Assembly: GCA_963846705.1 (NCBI GenBank)
Contig: CAWJWZ010000001.1
Coordinates: 73,922 to 137,921 of the forward strand
Direction of reading: 5' to 3'
DNA: 64,000 nucleotides
Source: an uncultured bacterium
Lineage (GTDB): Bacteria > Babelota > Babeliae > Babelales > Babelaceae
The first letter of the stretch is position 1, and each line of letters begins with the position of its first letter. Positions 1 through 9,429 of this stretch are shown piece after piece. The position numbers and the translations under genes were made by a program. The notes beneath the pieces are model-generated. The model was not told the origin of the DNA. It worked only from the letters and a program-made list of their open reading frames with translations, and ran no database searches.

Positions 1-1620
1 ACCAATTGTTGCCAATGCTCTGACACAGGATTTACTACTGATACTATATCTATTGGTTCATACTTAATTTCACGTAAAAATTCAGCATCATAGAGCGCAT
101 AATTATATACTTCATGAAACCGTAACCCATAGGCAAATAATTTTTTAATAGTACGTATGGTAAAGAGCGCACGAGAATCATATGGTACTGTTTGCTTGTA
201 TGGTAATATATACTGCTCAGGGCTAATAGCTATAAATCTGCCTATTTCTTCAATAATATCTTCAGGAATAGCGATATCTTTAGAAGATCTAAATGCGGGT
301 ATATTTATTATATAGGTACGCATATCAGATGCTACGTATACCGTAAATCCAAGACGTGATAATGTATGTATAACACACTCTTGGGCAACTGGCACACCAA
401 GCTTTTTACTTATAGCTTCTTCAGTAATCTCAAGCACACGCTCTTGAGGATTTATGCCCAACGAAGTAATGCAACGCGAAGCATGATATGACACCTGTGC
501 ATCATCAAGTAACTTTAAATAACGCATAAGTGCGTCAGTATTTTGAAAAGGATCCGGATTTTTCTCAAAACGTGCAGATGCTTCAGTTCTTTTTTTAAAG
601 CGCATTACACTTTTACGGATAGTAGCACCATCAAAATGTGCTGATTCTAGTACTACTGCATGAGTTGTAGGCTGTAAAGCAGTATCTTTACCACCCATAA
701 TACCAGCAAGCGATAGTGGCTTTATACCGTCACTAATTACTATATCGTCAGCTGTTAACGTAATGGTTTGATCATCTAAAAGCGTAAGCGATGCGTCCGG
801 CATATGGCCTGCTATAATGTGCTTTGTAGTAAGAGCATGAGCATCAAACGCATGTAAGGGCTGTCCTATGTCAAACATTACATAATTAGTAAAATCAACA
901 AGCATAGTAATAGGACGGCTATTTATTCCTGCTAGACGATAGGCTATATGAAGCAATGACGGTCGCTGCTCAATATCACTAATATATATCCCCGCAAGTC
1001 GATTACACACACGTATGTCTTTAATTTCAAAACTAAACGGCATATCATCGGTAGCTGGAGCATTACGTGCATATTCACACAATAGCTTATGCACTATAAG
1101 CTCTTCTTGAGCAACTAATGGCACTTTAAGAATAGCTGCCATTTCACGTGCAATACCACGATGACTCCATAAATCAGGCCGATGGGTAATTGCTTTATTT
1201 TCTATTTCTATTATATAATCCTGTCGCTCTATTTGCTGTTTCCATTCACCTGCTCTATCTGCAGGAGCGACAAAAACTTCAGGTAAATATCCGTCTTTTT
1301 CAGCATGAAAATCTGTAAGAGTAGCCCATTGCCACGTAGTATTGTGTTTTTTTAATATGGCCAATGCACCAACATGCATAAGACCAGTACGTAGGGGTAA
1401 CCTATATTCTTGATTATACTCACTACTTTCTACTACTATATATTGATCATTCCATGCAGTAACTAATCCAAGAGTAAATAACTCATGCTCAAATATACGC
1501 GGTGTTATCTTTTCTATTTCAGCGGTTGTTTGATTAAAACACGCTACTAATTCTTTAAGATTAAGAGTTTTCCAGTCTGTAGCAATGTGATCAAAAATCC
1601 AACTTAGTAATAATTTCATG
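1..1620 (-). CDS. pheT: Phenylalanine--tRNA ligase beta subunit, N-terminal ~540 codons; gene continues past window start
   Basis: Manual reverse-complement translation from ATG (complement of 1618-1620) reads [19 protein letters not shown]...[17 protein letters not shown]...[13 protein letters not shown]...RLGFTVY... and stays open to position 1. The ORF track omits it because there is no in-window stop. B3/B4-domain and G(I/V)MGG motifs are typical of PheT. Confidence 0.8.
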
Positions 1621-1781
1621 AAGTTAAAGCCTTGTGTATCCGTTAAAATACTTTCTATTATTATAACATACGATAGAAAATTCTTTTACTTAATTAAACA
1701 ACCAAAAAGTATTGAATTTATTAGCGTAAATAGATGAGCTTATAACATAAAACAACAATAAATTATAACCAAGTAACAATT

Positions 1782-2705
1782 ATGAAAATAATAAAATATA
1801 TTTTTATTTTTACTCTTACTCGTGGGTTAGTATTATGTATACCGCTAGCCGCGCAAGATAGCACATTACTATATAATTTAAATATTCTTAATTATCACTT
1901 ACAAAATTTGGCAGATAGTGTGCAGCCACTACCAATCATTGAATTACAATTTCCTGCACAAATAAAGACACTTGCTCGTAGAATGGTTTTAGGTGCACCC
2001 GATAAGGATACTCCTAATAGTATTACGTACTTAATAAACACACAAAATAATCGCCTTATCATGCAAGAGATAGCTGGTGTCTACCAGGCTGATAGGAGTG
2101 GTAGGAGTATCCTTAAAGACTTTGTAACACAATTAAGGCAACAGTACGATATAGACATACTTTTATTTCCTATACTTAATCAAGAACATGTAGTTGCTAA
2201 TTTTATTGTAAGCTTTAGTGATTTACCAAATAATCAAAAAGTATCTGTTCTACACAAATTACTTATAAATACACTTCAAGTTGCGTATATAAAAACAATA
2301 ATTAAGGATTCACTAAAGAAACTTGGCACTATTACTGAAGGCTACGAATCACCATATATCGTTACTAAAACCAATTTACTTACTGTTTCTGAAATTGTAT
2401 TTTTGCAACTTTATTTTCTTGGCATTTTAGTTACTGTACCTGACGTACAGATTAATACTCTTCAGAGCGCTTTTAATAAGTCAGCAATAGTTAACACACT
2501 AAATAAAACTATAGCTGATGCTAAAAAAAGAGCATCTTCTGTTTTAGTCTCAGAAACAGAAGAAAATTCTTTAAAGCAAGAGTACAAAGATCTAAAGGGT
2601 CGGCTTGAAACCGTTGCTACTCAATATGTAATTGATAATCTTCCTAAACGTCTAAAAGAGTTTGGCAATTGGTTACATACAGAATTAGAAAAAATCCAGC
2701 TTTAG
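1782..2705 (+). CDS. Paralogue 1 of a 5-member tandem family of signal-peptide proteins (no recognised family)
   Basis: 307 aa. Hydrophobic N-terminus (IFIFTLTRGLVLCIPLAAQDSTLLYNLNIL). Invariant core SEIVFLQLYFLGIL. C-terminal YVIDNLPKRLKEFGNWL. 5' leader duplicated upstream of paralogue 2. Confidence 0.75.
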   Translation: MKIIKYIFIFTLTRGLVLCIPLAAQDSTLLYNLNILNYHLQNLADSVQPLPIIELQFPAQIKTLARRMVLGAPDKDTPNSITYLINTQNNRLIMQEIAGVYQADRSGRSILKDFVTQLRQQYDIDILLFPILNQEHVVANFIVSFSDLPNNQKVSVLHKLLINTLQVAYIKTIIKDSLKKLGTITEGYESPYIVTKTNLLTVSEIVFLQLYFLGILVTVPDVQINTLQSAFNKSAIVNTLNKTIADAKKRASSVLVSETEENSLKQEYKDLKGRLETVATQYVIDNLPKRLKEFGNWLHTELEKIQL

Positions 2706-2845
2706 AAATACGATAGAAAGCAAAAAGCATCAACGACGATATAGAATCCTTTTACGCATTAAGTAACAAAAGGTATTGAATTTATTAGCATAAATATATT
2801 ACATTATAAAATAAAATAACAATAAATTATAACCAAGTAATAATC

Positions 2846-3781
2846 ATGAAAAAAATAGTGAAATATATTTTTATTCTTACCCATTTATTAGTATCAGGTC
2901 TACCACTAGCCGCACAAGATAACACATTAACATACAACTTAAGCATGCTCGATATTCACTTAACAGGGCTTGCAAATCTTCTACCAATAAGACTTGAAGA
3001 AATTGCGCGTAGAATGGTTTTTATTCTAGAAATACAACATCCCATTAATATTCAGCACATAATAACAAGAGATAAGAAACGCTTTATAGTTCAAAATATA
3101 ACCGTAACTACTGAACCTCAAAAAGATTTCATAACTTCATTACGAAAAATTGATGAGGTGAATGGATTATTGTCTCGTGTATTTGCTGCAAAAATACAAG
3201 TACCTTTTACTACTATAAATGTAAGCTTCAGTGAGCTAGAAGATAGTCAAACAATATCTGTTTTATATCAACTTATAACAGATATCCTTAAGCGACCAGC
3301 GTTCAAAGGAATTAGCAAGGATCAACTTGAGACAATGGCAGGCATTCCTAAAGAAGAACCAAGAACAGCAAAAGAAGAAAAAGAATTTACCTTTCTCAAT
3401 ACTAAAATCGAATTACTTACCGTTTCAGAAATTGTATTCCTTCAATTGTATTTTCTTGGCATTTTAGCTGCTACACGTGACGTACAGGTTAATACTCTTG
3501 AAAATGCTTTAAATGCCTCAAAAATAGTCAGTACTATAGTCAATACTAAAGAAATAGCTAGTGCATTAAAGAACACTATAACTACTTCTAAAGAAGCCTC
3601 TAATGACTTATCACAAACACAAAAGGATTCTTTAACGAAAGAATATCAATCTATAAAATCTCGTCTTACAAGCGTTGCTAATGACTATGTAATTAGTAAG
3701 CTTCCTAAAGACAACCAACCACTACAAGAATTTGGCCAGCGATTACTCAATAAATTAGAGCGAGAAGTAAAACAATGGTAA
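2846..3781 (+). CDS. Paralogue 2 of tandem family
   Basis: 311 aa. N-terminus PLAAQDNTLTYNLSML, core SEIVFLQLYFLGIL, C-terminus YVISKLPKDNQPLQEFGQRLL. Overlaps paralogue 3 by 7 nt. Confidence 0.75.
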   Translation: MKKIVKYIFILTHLLVSGLPLAAQDNTLTYNLSMLDIHLTGLANLLPIRLEEIARRMVFILEIQHPINIQHIITRDKKRFIVQNITVTTEPQKDFITSLRKIDEVNGLLSRVFAAKIQVPFTTINVSFSELEDSQTISVLYQLITDILKRPAFKGISKDQLETMAGIPKEEPRTAKEEKEFTFLNTKIELLTVSEIVFLQLYFLGILAATRDVQVNTLENALNASKIVSTIVNTKEIASALKNTITTSKEASNDLSQTQKDSLTKEYQSIKSRLTSVANDYVISKLPKDNQPLQEFGQRLLNKLEREVKQW

Positions 3782-4734
3782 ATAATACTAAGATAACTAC
3801 AAGTACTTTCTTACACATAGTACTAATATTTACTCTCTCGTTAAACGCACAAGACAGCATAATAGCATATCATTTAAATATGCTTACTACTACTTTGCAA
3901 AATCTTATGCGCCTTTTACCAGTTACTTCAAAAACAGTTAACTTAGTGATTGATCCAAATGACAAAGTACTTGCAGTTGACATAGTTTTAGATAAGCAAA
4001 ATCCTAGTATTATAACTTTATTAGATACAAACACTTTGATTATTCAGGATGTTAAAGCTGTTAGTAAACCTTCTCTTCCTGATTTTCAAGTATCATTACG
4101 AAGTCCAAATCAAGTAGATCAATTTTTTATACCTATATTTAGTCAAAGACATCAATTATATGGTTTTAGGCGTGTATATCAAGAACAGGCACCATACTTA
4201 CTTAAAGAATTAATAAGTTTCAATGAAGTACCAAATGATATAAAGATCGCTGCTTTAGAGTTAATAATAAATAAATATCTTTCCCCTGTTTCTAGGGTCA
4301 GTCAAAATCTTAGTCAAAAAATATGGGAAAAAATTCTACAGCCAGTAAAGATACAGACAACCCTTGACGAGCCATTATCCGGAGCAGAAGAATTAATATT
4401 TGAAAAAGCAAATCTTATAAAGAGTTTTGAGATAATATTTCTTCAATTATATTTTTTAGGTATTTTATCCACTTTCACTAATGACACAAAACGTCTTAAA
4501 AAAATTTTCGATGATTTGGATATAGCTTATTATTTGAAATTTACAGCAAATTGGATCAAAGGTCATCCACAAAAAGAACAACAAGTTTTAATGCAAGAAT
4601 ACCAAAACTTAACAAATCATCTTGTAACCGTTGCTACTAATTATATAATTAATAAACTTCCTAAAGATAACCTGCAGCTGCAACAGTTTGGCAATCAGTT
4701 ACTTAACCAACTAAAACAAGATATAAAAATATGA
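3775..4734 (+). CDS. Paralogue 3 of tandem family
   Basis: 319 aa. N-terminus SLNAQDSIIAYHLNML, core FEIIFLQLYFLGILS, C-terminus YIINKLPKDNLQLQQFGNQLL. Its stop overlaps the start of paralogue 4 (ATGA). Confidence 0.75.
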   Translation: MVNNTKITTSTFLHIVLIFTLSLNAQDSIIAYHLNMLTTTLQNLMRLLPVTSKTVNLVIDPNDKVLAVDIVLDKQNPSIITLLDTNTLIIQDVKAVSKPSLPDFQVSLRSPNQVDQFFIPIFSQRHQLYGFRRVYQEQAPYLLKELISFNEVPNDIKIAALELIINKYLSPVSRVSQNLSQKIWEKILQPVKIQTTLDEPLSGAEELIFEKANLIKSFEIIFLQLYFLGILSTFTNDTKRLKKIFDDLDIAYYLKFTANWIKGHPQKEQQVLMQEYQNLTNHLVTVATNYIINKLPKDNLQLQQFGNQLLNQLKQDIKI

Positions 4735-5669
4735 AAAATTATATCAAGATAAGTATAGGTATTTTCTTAAGTATGTTATTTATATCTACTCTCTTATTGC
4801 ACTCTCAAGACACCACACTAGTAAATAATTTAAATATACTTACAGTAAATTTACAAAGTCTTACACATCTTTTAAAACCATCACGTCCTTCTACTTTCAG
4901 ATCACGTAGTATCATACCACTGCCACCGGTCACTCTAAGAATTGGTCAAGATGACAGAGAACTTGCATTTAAGATAGTTTTTGATGATCAAAATCCTAGT
5001 ATCGCAAATTTATTAAATACTACTAATCAATTGATTATTCAAAATGTTAAAGCTGTTGGCGAACCTCTCCCTACTGATTTTCAAGCATCACTTCGAGAGC
5101 CAAACGAAGTAAATAATTTTTTTTTCTCTATACTTACTCATCAATATAAACTTGGACAACAAGTTGCAAGTTTTTATCAAGTACGTAATGATCAAAAAAT
5201 ATCTGTAATCGAGTCTATAATCTTCCAGATTGATCGCGGACAACAGCTTTCAGACAAAATAGATACAATAATGGAAGAATTAGGAAAGCTCTATGAACGT
5301 CGTCCTGAAAGTATATTTAGACCATTGTACAAGAAGGCCAGATTAATAGCACACTCAGAACAAATATTTCTCAAACTCTATTTTATGGGAATAGTATCAC
5401 GTATACCTACAGTAACACTTGCAGAATTTAAAGCTATTCTTGAAAAATCTACAATACTCACAGATTTAGAAAACATAACCGTTATTTATGGTTCTACAAA
5501 AGAGCGTTTTTCTCCTCAAGAGTATACACAATTACAGACGATGCTTAACGGAGTAGTTCAACACTATGTAATTAGTAAGTTTCCGAAAACTGAAGAATGG
5601 CAAAAATATGGCCCAAAATTACAGCAGCAACTTAGTGAAGCTCTAGATAAGTCTGTCTTGCCAAACTAG
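4731..5669 (+). CDS. Paralogue 4 of tandem family
   Basis: 312 aa. N-terminus LLHSQDTTLVNNLNIL, core SEQIFLKLYFMGIVS, C-terminus YVISKFPKTEEWQKYGPKLQQQLSEALDKS. Confidence 0.75.
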   Translation: MKNYIKISIGIFLSMLFISTLLLHSQDTTLVNNLNILTVNLQSLTHLLKPSRPSTFRSRSIIPLPPVTLRIGQDDRELAFKIVFDDQNPSIANLLNTTNQLIIQNVKAVGEPLPTDFQASLREPNEVNNFFFSILTHQYKLGQQVASFYQVRNDQKISVIESIIFQIDRGQQLSDKIDTIMEELGKLYERRPESIFRPLYKKARLIAHSEQIFLKLYFMGIVSRIPTVTLAEFKAILEKSTILTDLENITVIYGSTKERFSPQEYTQLQTMLNGVVQHYVISKFPKTEEWQKYGPKLQQQLSEALDKSVLPN

Positions 5670-5759
5670 AGACAAACATTCTATATTTTTAGTGTCTTTA
5701 ATTAACCTATAAATATATTGAATTGGTCTTAGAAAATATAATAAAATTATACAAAAGAG

Positions 5760-6755
5760 TTGATAGTTATTCAAAAAGGATACATAACAGTGAAAACTAA
5801 TACCAAGGTTACCATAGGTATTTTTTTAAGAATACTACTATCTTCTCTATTGCTTAATTCTCAAGACACTACACTAGTAAATAATTTAAGCATGCTTACG
5901 ATAAGTGTACAAAATCTTAGTAGCTTATTAAAGCCAGACCCAGGTATTACACTCAGTGATCAAGAAGCTAAAATTCTTGCAAATAAAATAGTTTTTTTTG
6001 GCTTCTATACACCAACAATTATTACTCATAGCATTATATCTTTAGTAAGAAATAATACGTTTATTATCCAAAATGTTACAGCTACTGGTGAGCCTTTTCC
6101 TACTGATTTTCAAGTATCACTACGAACACCAAATGAGATAAATGGATTTTTATTACCCTTACTTAGCCAACAATATCCAGTTAACTCTCATACTACCAGC
6201 TTTGATACATTAAACAATACTCAAAAAATTCAGATTCTCGTTAATCTTATAGTCCCACAAACTATTACTATTCATGAAAAAGGAAAAAGAAAAACAATAC
6301 CAAGCACGATTCCTGCAATGCTTAATGCTTCTGCTCTTACAGAACAATTAAGAGAAAAAATGAGGAATTTAGGACAGTTTCATCAGCGGTATCCGGAACC
6401 CGTACCTACACCATTGTCTGTTAAGGCTGTGATTATAGTAAATTCAGAGCTGATATTTATCAAACTTTACTTTATGGGCATATTATCAAGTATAGCTACA
6501 GTACAGCTTACACTATTTCAGGATATTCTTAAGCGTTCTGAAATATTTTCTGCTTTAAGCAATATAGCATCTCTTCCTGCTTTCGATTATACGCTTACTG
6601 ATCAAGAACATGCGCTATTAAGTGCAATGCTTAATCAAGTAGTTCAAAATTATGTAATCAGTAAGTTTCCTAAAACTGAAGAATGGCAAGAATATGGCCT
6701 CGAATTACAGAAGCAACTTCGTGAAGCTTTAGATAAGTCTCGCACAAGATCATAA
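5760..6755 (+). CDS. Paralogue 5 of tandem family (start uncertain)
   Basis: 331 aa as listed. The true start is probably the GTG near 5790, preceded by aaaagga. N-terminus LLNSQDTTLVNNLSML, core SELIFIKLYFMGILSS, C-terminus YVISKFPKTEEWQEYGLELQKQLREALDKS. Confidence 0.7.
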   Translation: MIVIQKGYITVKTNTKVTIGIFLRILLSSLLLNSQDTTLVNNLSMLTISVQNLSSLLKPDPGITLSDQEAKILANKIVFFGFYTPTIITHSIISLVRNNTFIIQNVTATGEPFPTDFQVSLRTPNEINGFLLPLLSQQYPVNSHTTSFDTLNNTQKIQILVNLIVPQTITIHEKGKRKTIPSTIPAMLNASALTEQLREKMRNLGQFHQRYPEPVPTPLSVKAVIIVNSELIFIKLYFMGILSSIATVQLTLFQDILKRSEIFSALSNIASLPAFDYTLTDQEHALLSAMLNQVVQNYVISKFPKTEEWQEYGLELQKQLREALDKSRTRS

Positions 6756-6838
6756 AATCTATACGTAAGATTTTTAATTTTCACTGTCTTATGGTATATT
6801 AATAAAAAGATTCACTATAAGCATTATATTTTCGCAAT

Positions 6839-7768
6839 ATGGGTAAAATTATACTTTTTTATAAATATGTTGATATAGCTGATACACATGCAATTCATGC
6901 TGAACAGCACGAGCTCTGTGCTACGCTTAATCTTAAAGGTCGCGTGCTTATAGCGCATGAGGGTATAAATGCAACGCTTGGCGGCGCTGCAAATGCAATA
7001 GATACATATATACGATTTATGAATCAACATAACCTATTTAATTCAATAGATTTTAAAGAAAGCGAGGGTAATGCTAATCACTTTCCTCGTTTGCAAGTAA
7101 CGATTAAGAAAGAAATAGTTGCATTTAAAGCAGGTTCTTTCAAAATAACAGTTGCTCATAAAGGCACAAAGCTTACTCCCGCTCAAGTACATGAACTTAT
7201 ACAACAGCAGCCCGATAACTTAGTTATATTAGATGTGCGCAATAACTATGAGTCACGTATTGGAAAATTTAAAAATGCACTTGCTGCTCCTATTGATAAT
7301 TTTCGCGAATTACCAGATTATATTGATGCTCATCTTGAGCAATTTAAAGACAAGCAGGTAATTACGTATTGTACTGGTGGAATTCGTTGCGAAAAAGCTT
7401 CAGCATATCTTAAATCAAAGAGTGTTGCACAAGAAGTATATCAACTGGAAGGTGGTATCTGCCGCTATGCTGAACAATATCCTGACGGGTACTTTCGAGG
7501 CAAAAACTATGTTTTTGATAATCGTATAAGTGTACCCGTTACGAGTGATATACTTGGCTCTTGTGCTGTATGTGCAACTGCATATGACGAATATACCAAC
7601 TGTATTAACGCAACATGTAATAAACAGATTATTTTGTGTTCTTCGTGTATGCATGCGCTTAATAATACGTGTAGTGTGCAGTGTAAGCAATTGGTACAAG
7701 AACGCAAAGTACGTATACGCGTAGCACCTAAAAAAATTAGCATATCACAGGAAGCACATGGAAACTAA
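6839..7768 (+). CDS. trhO: Rhodanese-related tRNA U34 hydroxylase (YceA/UPF0176 family) with Cys-rich C-terminal extension
   Basis: N-terminal ILFYKYVDI...HEGINATLGG signature of the YceA family. Rhodanese-like central region (ITYCTGGIRCEKA). C-terminal CxxC-rich tail. Confidence 0.75.
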   Translation: MGKIILFYKYVDIADTHAIHAEQHELCATLNLKGRVLIAHEGINATLGGAANAIDTYIRFMNQHNLFNSIDFKESEGNANHFPRLQVTIKKEIVAFKAGSFKITVAHKGTKLTPAQVHELIQQQPDNLVILDVRNNYESRIGKFKNALAAPIDNFRELPDYIDAHLEQFKDKQVITYCTGGIRCEKASAYLKSKSVAQEVYQLEGGICRYAEQYPDGYFRGKNYVFDNRISVPVTSDILGSCAVCATAYDEYTNCINATCNKQIILCSSCMHALNNTCSVQCKQLVQERKVRIRVAPKKISISQEAHGN

Positions 7769-8759
7769 AGGTAGTATATCGAGCCAAATACAAGATATTA
7801 GCTCTACTGCTGGTATATGTATACAAGAAAATGTGTCCTTACGTGATAAAAATTGGTTTAAAACAGGTGGTAATGCACGTTTTTATTGTGAGCCATCACA
7901 TGATTATGCATTTGCTCAAGCACTTCAGTTTGCTCGTACTCATGCATTAGATATAGTTGTACTTGGTGAAGGTGCTAATATACTTATAAGTGACGAAGGA
8001 TTTAATGGGCTCGTAATTCGTCCAGTTTCTCAAACTATTACGGTACATCACGAACAAACTAAGAGCGCTTACTGTTTTGTAGAAGCAGATGCGGGTGTGT
8101 CTTTTGGCCAACTTATTTCATTTTGTTTAGAGCATAATATAGGTGGCCTAGAAGAATTTAGTGGTATACCAGGTACAGTAGGCGGCTCAGTCTTTATTAA
8201 TATTCACTATTTTGAGCATCTTTTAAGTCATTTTTTAGTACGTGCTCATATAATTAACAAATACACCGGAGAGCTTACTGTTGTTGATAACTCTTGGTTT
8301 CAGTTTGGATACAATCAATCACGATTACACCAGAATGAGTATTATTTAGTACGTGCACTGTTTAAATTAAAAATGGTTTCACCGCTTGAAGCTGCGTATG
8401 CGCAAGGGCGACAAAGTGAGATTATTCGTCACCGTCAAAAGCGCTATCCTACACGCCATACCTGTGGCAGTTTTTTTAGAAACTTTTATGAGCATGAAGT
8501 AACCCTTACGAGTAATGGTAAAAAGCTTATTTTTGTGGCCTATTATCTTGATAAAGTAGGTGTTAAAGGTCACCTACGGGTAGGCAACGCTTTGGTTTCA
8601 TATCAGCATGCTAATATGATAGTTACCAACGAAAACGCTACATCGCATGAAGTTATTACCCTAGCACGTCACATGCAAGAGTTAGTATACCAAAATTTTG
8701 GTATACTCCCCCACCCTGAATGCCAGCTCGTGGGATTTAACCCGTATCCACTCCTGTGA
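7758..8759 (+). CDS. murB: UDP-N-acetylenolpyruvoylglucosamine reductase
   Basis: FAD-binding motifs FKTGGNARFY, VLGEGANILISDEGFNG and GIPGTVGGSVFINIHYFE; ~333 aa. Overlaps trhO by 11 nt. Not next to any other mur/fts gene. Confidence 0.8.
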   Translation: METKGSISSQIQDISSTAGICIQENVSLRDKNWFKTGGNARFYCEPSHDYAFAQALQFARTHALDIVVLGEGANILISDEGFNGLVIRPVSQTITVHHEQTKSAYCFVEADAGVSFGQLISFCLEHNIGGLEEFSGIPGTVGGSVFINIHYFEHLLSHFLVRAHIINKYTGELTVVDNSWFQFGYNQSRLHQNEYYLVRALFKLKMVSPLEAAYAQGRQSEIIRHRQKRYPTRHTCGSFFRNFYEHEVTLTSNGKKLIFVAYYLDKVGVKGHLRVGNALVSYQHANMIVTNENATSHEVITLARHMQELVYQNFGILPHPECQLVGFNPYPLL

Positions 8760-9421
8760 TTAACGAACTTATTTTTTGCGGCTCAGTTTTTTTAGTGAGC
8801 AGTACCGTACTTGGTGCTTTAAAATTAGGCAAAGAAGCATTAATAGCTCTTATTAGTTTATTAGTAGTATTGGCTAACTTATTTGTAATTAAAGAGATAA
8901 CGCTTATGGGGCTCTCTGCAACAGCATCTGATGCGCTGGCAGTTGGTGCAGCATTAGCGCTTAATATTGTACAAGAATATTATGGGCGCCAGATAGCACA
9001 AAGAGCAATAGGAATAAGTTTTAGCGCACTTTTTTTATATACGGTGCTGAGTCTTTTGCATATAGCATATAGACCAGGTTATGGCGATACCACCCAGGTT
9101 CACTTTTATGCACTACTTGCAGTAATGCCGCATATTGCTCTAGCATCACTAACTACCTATCTTATAGTACAGTCTATTGATTGTCAGCTGTATAGCATAC
9201 TACAAAAGAAGACAGTATGGTATGCTCAGGGCATGTTAAAAAATTATCTTTGTGTTGGCATAACGCAACTACTTGATACGGTTCTTTTTAGCTTTTTAGC
9301 ACTTTATGGTATAGTAGATAATATTGGGCAAATAATTATTACGAGCTACACTATAAAAATAGCAGTTATTTTTTTAGCAGCTCCTTTTTTACATTTTTCG
9401 CACGCTATTATAAAACAGTAA
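8756..9421 (+). CDS. Polytopic membrane protein, YhhQ/DUF165-like putative queuosine-precursor transporter
   Basis: 221 aa, matching YhhQ length. About 6 predicted TM helices. Start overlaps the murB stop. Sits immediately upstream of tgt, the usual genomic context for YhhQ. Confidence 0.5.
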   Translation: MINELIFCGSVFLVSSTVLGALKLGKEALIALISLLVVLANLFVIKEITLMGLSATASDALAVGAALALNIVQEYYGRQIAQRAIGISFSALFLYTVLSLLHIAYRPGYGDTTQVHFYALLAVMPHIALASLTTYLIVQSIDCQLYSILQKKTVWYAQGMLKNYLCVGITQLLDTVLFSFLALYGIVDNIGQIIITSYTIKIAVIFLAAPFLHFSHAIIKQ

Positions 9422-9429
9422 GTACTTTC

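Noticed and set aside
5760-5789. Listed ATG start of paralogue 5 at 5760
   Set aside because: The other paralogues begin directly with the hydrophobic leader. A GTG near 5790 with an upstream AAGGA fits better. The ATG at 5760 lacks an RBS. I kept the ORF-track coordinates but flagged the uncertainty.
6824-7030. 68-aa minus-strand ORF overlapping the trhO start
   Set aside because: AT-rich chance ORF with no RBS, contained in the trhO 5' region.
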